A stretch of 64,000 nt of DNA from Clostridia bacterium (GTDB lineage Bacteria; Bacillota; Clostridia; UMGS1883; UMGS1540), in the NCBI GenBank assembly GCA_045533905.1, contig JAZSIR010000013.1, positions 1 through 64,000 of the forward strand. The letters are read 5' to 3'. Each line of letters begins with the position of its first letter. Within the stretch, counting starts at the first letter, position 1. Under the pieces are notes generated by a model that had not been told where the DNA came from, made no database searches, and worked only from the letters and a program-made list of their open reading frames with translations. The translations under genes and the position numbers were made by a program. Shown here piece after piece: positions 58,846-64,000 of the stretch.

Positions 58846-60606
58846 ATGACAAAGGTATATATCGTGCGCCACGGCGAGGCCAGAGGGAATGTCGATAGAA
58901 ATTTCCACGGCTGGTATGATTCTGACCTTACAGAAAACGGCCGCGCACAAATCGCACGCCTTCCCGGCTATTTCAAGGATATACATATTGACGCTGTTTT
59001 TTCGAGCGATATGAAAAGAACGAGGGAGACGGCGCACGCCGTAGCTGATTCCAAGGGGCTTCCGGTTCTTGAAGATGCCGCCCTTCGCGAAATTCACGGC
59101 GGAGAATGGGAGGACGTTCCGTGGGACGATTTGCCCGTGCGTTTTCCCGAAAGCTATGGGCACTGGCTTGAAAGCCCCCATCTTCTCGAAATGCCCGGCG
59201 GTGAGCGGATGACCGATTTTGCGGACCGCATATACGGAGCTGTTATGAAAATCGCAAAAGAGTATGCGGGGAAAAACGTGGTGATTACGACACACGGCAC
59301 CTCCGTGAAAGTGCTTCTTTGCAAGGTACGTGGTATTCCGCTTTCCCAAATGCCCGGCGAGGCCTGGTGCGATAATGCTTCCGTCACAGTGCTCGAAGTG
59401 GAAGGGGAGAAGGCAAGCGTTTTGGTGGACGGCGATAACAGCCATCTTCTCGATATCAGTACCCTTGCAAAGCAGGTATGGTGGCGTAAAAAAGAAGGGG
59501 AGCGCACGCTCGCCCTTACAAACCGCGTCTATCTCTCCAAACTTTCAAGCTATAACCGCGAAAAGGCAGAAGCTGTGCTTATTCCCATGCTCGAAGCAAT
59601 CCTTAAGGATAACGAATTTTCAAACGCGTGGGAAGGGAAGAAGGTCGTCATAAAGCCAAACCTTCTTGCAAAACGTCCGCCTTCGGCGGCCGTTACGGCA
59701 AACCCCACACTTGTATCGATTGCCGCTTCCTACTTTGTAAAACGTGGCGCATCGGTTGTGATTGCCGATAGCCCCGGCGGTCTCTACAGCGCAAAGCTCC
59801 TTGAAAAGCTCTACGTTGTTACGGGTATGCAAAAAGCCGCAGAAGAGTCGGGTGCCACTTTGAATCTTGACACTTCCTCCGTCCGAAAGGGAGACTTTCC
59901 CATTATTACGCCGCTTGCAGAGGCTGACCTTATCGTCAGCATCGGCCGTATGAAAACACATATGCTTTGCAATATGACGGCGGCGGTAAAAAACTTATTC
60001 GGCTCCATTCCCGGTGCAAAAAAGGCAGAATATCACGCGAGATACCCCAAAAAGGATGATTTTTGCGGTATGCTTGTAGACCTTTGCCTTGAAAATGCGC
60101 CGTGTGTCAATATTATCGACTGTGTGGTGGCAATGGAGGGGAATGGCCCTGCGGGCGGCACGCTGCGGCGCGTCGGCGCGCTTTTGGGAAGCGCCAATCC
60201 TTTCGCTGCGGATCTTCTTTGCACCGAAATGATGGGCTTTGCGCCCGATGAAGTGGATACCGTTCGCATAAGCCGCGAGCGCGGCCTTTGCCCGCAAACT
60301 ACCAAGGAGCTTTCCGTCATCGGCGAAGACCCCGCAAAATATACCCATCGATTCAAGCGGCCGAAGGCAAGCCGCGATGCAGGTCTCTTAAAGCTTTTGC
60401 CGCGTACATTTGCAGCGCGCCTTCGTAAAGAACGCCGCCCCGTAATTTTAGAGAAGAAGTGCATCGGGTGCGGCGAGTGCGCGAGAGCGTGCCCTGCGGA
60501 AACGATCACAATTGTCGATAAGAAGGCCAAAATTCATCCCGAAGCGTGCATTAAATGCTACTGCTGTCAGGAATTATGCCCGAAGAAGGCAGTCGCGGTA
60601 AAATAG
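58846..60606 (+). CDS. Histidine phosphatase / DUF362 / 2x[4Fe-4S] ferredoxin fusion
   Basis: RHGE and THG; IKPNL, MKTH...AVKN and MEGNGP; two CxxCxxCxxxCP motifs. Confidence 0.85.
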   Translation: MTKVYIVRHGEARGNVDRNFHGWYDSDLTENGRAQIARLPGYFKDIHIDAVFSSDMKRTRETAHAVADSKGLPVLEDAALREIHGGEWEDVPWDDLPVRFPESYGHWLESPHLLEMPGGERMTDFADRIYGAVMKIAKEYAGKNVVITTHGTSVKVLLCKVRGIPLSQMPGEAWCDNASVTVLEVEGEKASVLVDGDNSHLLDISTLAKQVWWRKKEGERTLALTNRVYLSKLSSYNREKAEAVLIPMLEAILKDNEFSNAWEGKKVVIKPNLLAKRPPSAAVTANPTLVSIAASYFVKRGASVVIADSPGGLYSAKLLEKLYVVTGMQKAAEESGATLNLDTSSVRKGDFPIITPLAEADLIVSIGRMKTHMLCNMTAAVKNLFGSIPGAKKAEYHARYPKKDDFCGMLVDLCLENAPCVNIIDCVVAMEGNGPAGGTLRRVGALLGSANPFAADLLCTEMMGFAPDEVDTVRISRERGLCPQTTKELSVIGEDPAKYTHRFKRPKASRDAGLLKLLPRTFAARLRKERRPVILEKKCIGCGECARACPAETITIVDKKAKIHPEACIKCYCCQELCPKKAVAVK

Positions 60607-60639
60607 ACGGGATGCAAAAAAGCGCAGAGAAAAGATATA

Positions 60640-60672
60640 AAAAGAGCCTCTCCATTTTGGAGAGGCTCTTTT
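60640..60672. terminator. Bidirectional terminator
   Basis: AAAAGAGCCTCTCCA / TGGAGAGGCTCTTTT between convergent operons. Confidence 0.88.
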
Positions 60673-60681
60673 ACGTATGTT

Positions 60682-61671
60682 TTAAAACGAGGCTTCTGCC
60701 TTTTTGTCACGCGTCATCAATTCGAGTACCGCATCGCGGGGCGAGGCGTTTTCAAAAAGAACTGCGTATGCCGCTGATACAATCGGCATTTCCACGTCGT
60801 ACTTTTGGGCGAGCTTATAGGCCATTTCTGCGGCATATACGCCCTCTACAACCATGTGTACCTCTGCCATCGCTTCCTCCGCGGTTTTGCCCTGCCCGAT
60901 TAAAATACCGGCGCGGCGGTTTCGGCTGTGTATACTTGTGCACGTTACAATTAAATCTCCAATACCGGAAAGACCGGAGAAGGTAGCCGCATCCGCGCCC
61001 ATGGCAACGCCGAGACGCGTCATTTCTGCAAGGCCGCGTGTGATGAGTGCCGCCTTTGTATTGTCCCCAAAGCCAAGACCGTCCATAACGCCGGCACAAA
61101 GTGCAATTACGTTTTTAAGCGCCGCGCCAAGCTCTACGCCGATAGAGTCTTTGGAGGTGTACACGCGAAAACGGTCGTTCATAAATACGTCCTGCACCAT
61201 TCTTGCCGCTGCCGCATCTTCACAGGCGGCTACAATCGTGGTGGGAATTTCACGCCCAACTTCCTCGGCATGCGTCGGCCCGCAAAGGGTAACGACGGGG
61301 TGACCGGGGCAAAGCCGCTTTATCACTTCGCTGAAACGCTCGAGAGAGTCCGAAATGCCCTTTGTAAGGTTTACAATGGGAACGGCCGGCGCGAGATAGG
61401 GGGCGAGGTTTTCTACCGTTTTGGGAAGCGCTTTTGAAGGCGTTGCGATGACCACAAGCTCTGCATCTTTCGCCGTGGCGAGGTCATATGTATACCGGAT
61501 TCCTTCGGGCAGAAGAATACCCGGCAGAAATTCGCGGTTTTCCTTATATTTTGCCAGATTTTCGCTTTCTTCCTTTTGCCAGGACCAAAGCGAAACTTCG
61601 TGTCCGTTTCGTCTTAAAAGGGCGCTGATGGCAGTTCCCCAACCGCCGGAGCCGATTACCGAAATTTTCAT
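60682..61671 (-). CDS. gpsA: NAD(P)H-dependent glycerol-3-phosphate dehydrogenase
   Basis: GSGGWGTA, ALKNVIA and GDLIVTC...SRN. Confidence 0.97.
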   Translation of the reverse strand: MKISVIGSGGWGTAISALLRRNGHEVSLWSWQKEESENLAKYKENREFLPGILLPEGIRYTYDLATAKDAELVVIATPSKALPKTVENLAPYLAPAVPIVNLTKGISDSLERFSEVIKRLCPGHPVVTLCGPTHAEEVGREIPTTIVAACEDAAAARMVQDVFMNDRFRVYTSKDSIGVELGAALKNVIALCAGVMDGLGFGDNTKAALITRGLAEMTRLGVAMGADAATFSGLSGIGDLIVTCTSIHSRNRRAGILIGQGKTAEEAMAEVHMVVEGVYAAEMAYKLAQKYDVEMPIVSAAYAVLFENASPRDAVLELMTRDKKAEASF

Positions 61672-62246
61672 TTTCCCAATTTCCTTTCTGTCCCGTTTAT
61701 AAGGCGTTTGATATTTCCGGCGTGCCGTGCGATGGCGAGAAGAGAAGTGGCAACCGCAAAGATGGAAAACCAGATGTCTTCACTTCTAAAAAGTGCCAAT
61801 ACGCCAAAGAAAAATGCACCTAAAATAGAGCCGAGCGAAACGTATTTCGTAACGGCCATTACTACAATTGCGATTACAAACGCCGGAAGGGCGGCACCGG
61901 GTGCCACCGTGAGCATTACGGCAAGCGAGGTGGTAATGCCTTTACCGCCGCGAAAACCGAAATATATGGGAAAATTATGCCCGATGATGGACATAAAGCC
62001 GCCAAGATAGCCACCATATTCGCCTGCGAGACAGCGCCCCAGGATAACGGCCACAACACCTTTTAAAATATCGAGGAGAAACACAAGTGCCGCCGCGCCT
62101 TTTCCGAAATTTCGCAAAATGTTCGTGGCGCCTGCATTGCCGCTTCCGAGCGTGCGGACATCGGTGCCGCGTGCGCGGGAGATGAGTACGGCGTTACTGA
62201 TACTGCCGAGAAGATAGCCTAAAACTGCACTTATCACTAAAAACAT
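61668..62246 (-). CDS. plsY: Glycerol-3-phosphate acyltransferase
   Basis: GSGNAGATN, GHNFP...GGKG and RH..NI.RL. Confidence 0.96.
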   Translation of the reverse strand: MFLVISAVLGYLLGSISNAVLISRARGTDVRTLGSGNAGATNILRNFGKGAAALVFLLDILKGVVAVILGRCLAGEYGGYLGGFMSIIGHNFPIYFGFRGGKGITTSLAVMLTVAPGAALPAFVIAIVVMAVTKYVSLGSILGAFFFGVLALFRSEDIWFSIFAVATSLLAIARHAGNIKRLINGTERKLGK

Positions 62247-62261
62247 AGCCTTCCGTCCTTT

Positions 62262-63590
62262 CTACTCCTTGTTTTCCTGCCGCTCGCGGATAATAAAGCG
62301 AAGCGGCGTGCCTGTAAGACCGAATGTTTCGCGAATGCGGTTTTCGAGATAGCGAATATACGAAAAATGCGCAAGCTCACGGTCATTTACAAAGAGAATA
62401 AAGGTGGGGGGATTAGTGCTCGCCTGCGTAATGTAGTAAATTTTAAGACGCTTGCCCTTGTCAGAGGGCGGCTGCACCTTTTCGGTGGCATCTGTTAAAA
62501 TATCGTTTAAGACGCCGGTCGAAATTCGCATAGAATTTTGCTGGTAAACACTCGTGATAAGCGGAAACAGCTTGTCTACGCGCTGCCCCGTTTTTGCCGA
62601 AATGAAAAGGTTCGGGGCATATGTCATAAAGCTCAAAATGTTATATACACCCGTTTCGAAAACCTTCATGGTTTTCGTTTCTTTTTCGATTAAATCCCAT
62701 TTGTTTACGAGAATGATGGAAGCTTTGCCGGCTTCGTGTACATAGCCTGCAATTTTCGCATCCTGTTCGGAAATACCGGCCGCAGCATCAATTACAATGA
62801 CCGCCACATCGCATCTTTCCACAGCCGCAATCGCGCGCATTACGCTGTAGCGTTCCACCGCATCGTCCACGCGGCTGTGGCGGCGCATACCGGCCGTATC
62901 AATCAGCGTAAACTTCTGCCCGTCTTTTTCGAAAAAGCTATCAATCGCATCGCGCGTGGTGCCGGCAATGTCGCTGACAATCATGCGGTTTTCGCCGAGA
63001 ATGTGGTTTACAAGCGAGCTTTTACCTGCATTCGGCTTGCCCACAATGGCAACCTTAATCGTATCGTCTTCCTCGTCATCTTCCGCAAGAGGCGGGAAAA
63101 ATTCCATCGCCTTTTCAATCACATCGCCCACACCCATGCCGTGGAGAGACGAAACGGGGTACGGGTCGCCAATGCCGAGTGAATAGAATTCATATACGCC
63201 AACGGGCGTATCCCCCGGCGCATCGCATTTGTTTACTACCAAAATTGTCGGTTTCCCCGATTTTTGGAGCATGGCGGCAATTTCCATGTCGTTTGCCGTA
63301 ACCCCTTCGTGGAGATTGGTAATGAAGAGGATTACGTCCGCCGTATCCATAGCCAGCTGTACTTGCAGGCGCATCTCCTGCAAAATCACATCTTTTCCGG
63401 CAGGCTCAATACCGCCCGTGTCTACAACGGAAAAAGAGCGGCCGAACCACTCCGCGTCCGCATAAATGCGGTCGCGTGTGATGCCGGGCGTGTCCTCCAC
63501 AATGGAGAGACGCTTGCCGATAAGTTTGTTAAATAACGTGGATTTTCCCACATTCGGGCGGCCGATAACCGCTATAATCGGTTTTGACAT
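62262..63590 (-). CDS. der: Ribosome biogenesis GTPase Der/EngA
   Basis: Two G domains, GRPNVGKS and GKPNAGKS. Confidence 0.97.
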   Translation of the reverse strand: MSKPIIAVIGRPNVGKSTLFNKLIGKRLSIVEDTPGITRDRIYADAEWFGRSFSVVDTGGIEPAGKDVILQEMRLQVQLAMDTADVILFITNLHEGVTANDMEIAAMLQKSGKPTILVVNKCDAPGDTPVGVYEFYSLGIGDPYPVSSLHGMGVGDVIEKAMEFFPPLAEDDEEDDTIKVAIVGKPNAGKSSLVNHILGENRMIVSDIAGTTRDAIDSFFEKDGQKFTLIDTAGMRRHSRVDDAVERYSVMRAIAAVERCDVAVIVIDAAAGISEQDAKIAGYVHEAGKASIILVNKWDLIEKETKTMKVFETGVYNILSFMTYAPNLFISAKTGQRVDKLFPLITSVYQQNSMRISTGVLNDILTDATEKVQPPSDKGKRLKIYYITQASTNPPTFILFVNDRELAHFSYIRYLENRIRETFGLTGTPLRFIIRERQENKE

Positions 63591-64000
63591 CCGTTTTCGT
63601 CCTTTCTGAGTGCATTCCATAAATCTCTGCCGCCGCATTCTACCGAAAAGATGGGCGTGCCAAGCTTTTCGGAAAGCGCGGGAACAGTCATATCATCTAA
63701 AAATACATCCGTGCCGCTTCGAAGCATAGAGGAGGGAATATAGGCGGCAGCGCCAAGATTTTTTCCTTCGAGCTGCGCTACGATATCCTGCCCTGTGATA
63801 AGACCTGCCACCGTAATTTTCTCCCCGAAAAATCGGTTTTCTATTTGGTGCACGTCAATGGTAAGCGCAGGGCTTTTTTCCATAGCCGCGTCTGCGAGCT
63901 TTAAAAGAAGCGGATAGGCGGCAACGCCCGTGATAATAGAAACATGCCGCGCGTCTGCCACCGGATTTTCGGAAAGCGCTTCCATAAATTCATCTTCAAG
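63572..64000 (-). CDS. DUF512-family protein, 3' part (5' end outside the window)
   Basis: NRFFG..ITVAGLITGQD and FLDDMT; usual gene upstream of der. Confidence 0.85.
   Translation of the reverse strand, partial: LEDEFMEALSENPVADARHVSIITGVAAYPLLLKLADAAMEKSPALTIDVHQIENRFFGEKITVAGLITGQDIVAQLEGKNLGAAAYIPSSMLRSGTDVFLDDMTVPALSEKLGTPIFSVECGGRDLWNALRKDENGCQNRL

Overview
Chromosomal window from a spore-forming Clostridia-class bacterium (Bacillota). Most of it is core genome: the complete S10-spc-alpha ribosomal protein cluster (24397-39663), yajC/secD/secF, thrS-tsaC-ywlE-rimI, rpsU, tRNA-Ser(GGA), tRNA-Lys(CTT), sporulation genes (spoIIP, sspF-like, ypeB), metK-recD2-comF-miaA-yggS-sepF-divIVA-ileS-lspA-rluD and der-plsY-gpsA. 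Three AT-rich accessory segments interrupt it: 1-2416 (tnpV island), about 6540-8170 (remnant beside tRNA-Ser) and 39692-43045 (BcgI-like restriction-modification cassette). Two observations stand out. (1) An isolated three-gene phage packaging module (2437-4573) with host-like composition: a 59-aa small terminase lacking its DNA-binding N-terminus, an intact large terminase and a tail/spike-like gene. This is a candidate domesticated, gene-transfer-agent-like system. (2) A shared ~25-bp terminal repeat that bounds both the transposase-less R-M cassette and the tnpV island, each time inserted in the loop of a Rho-independent terminator. All calls come from reading motifs by eye; no searches were run.
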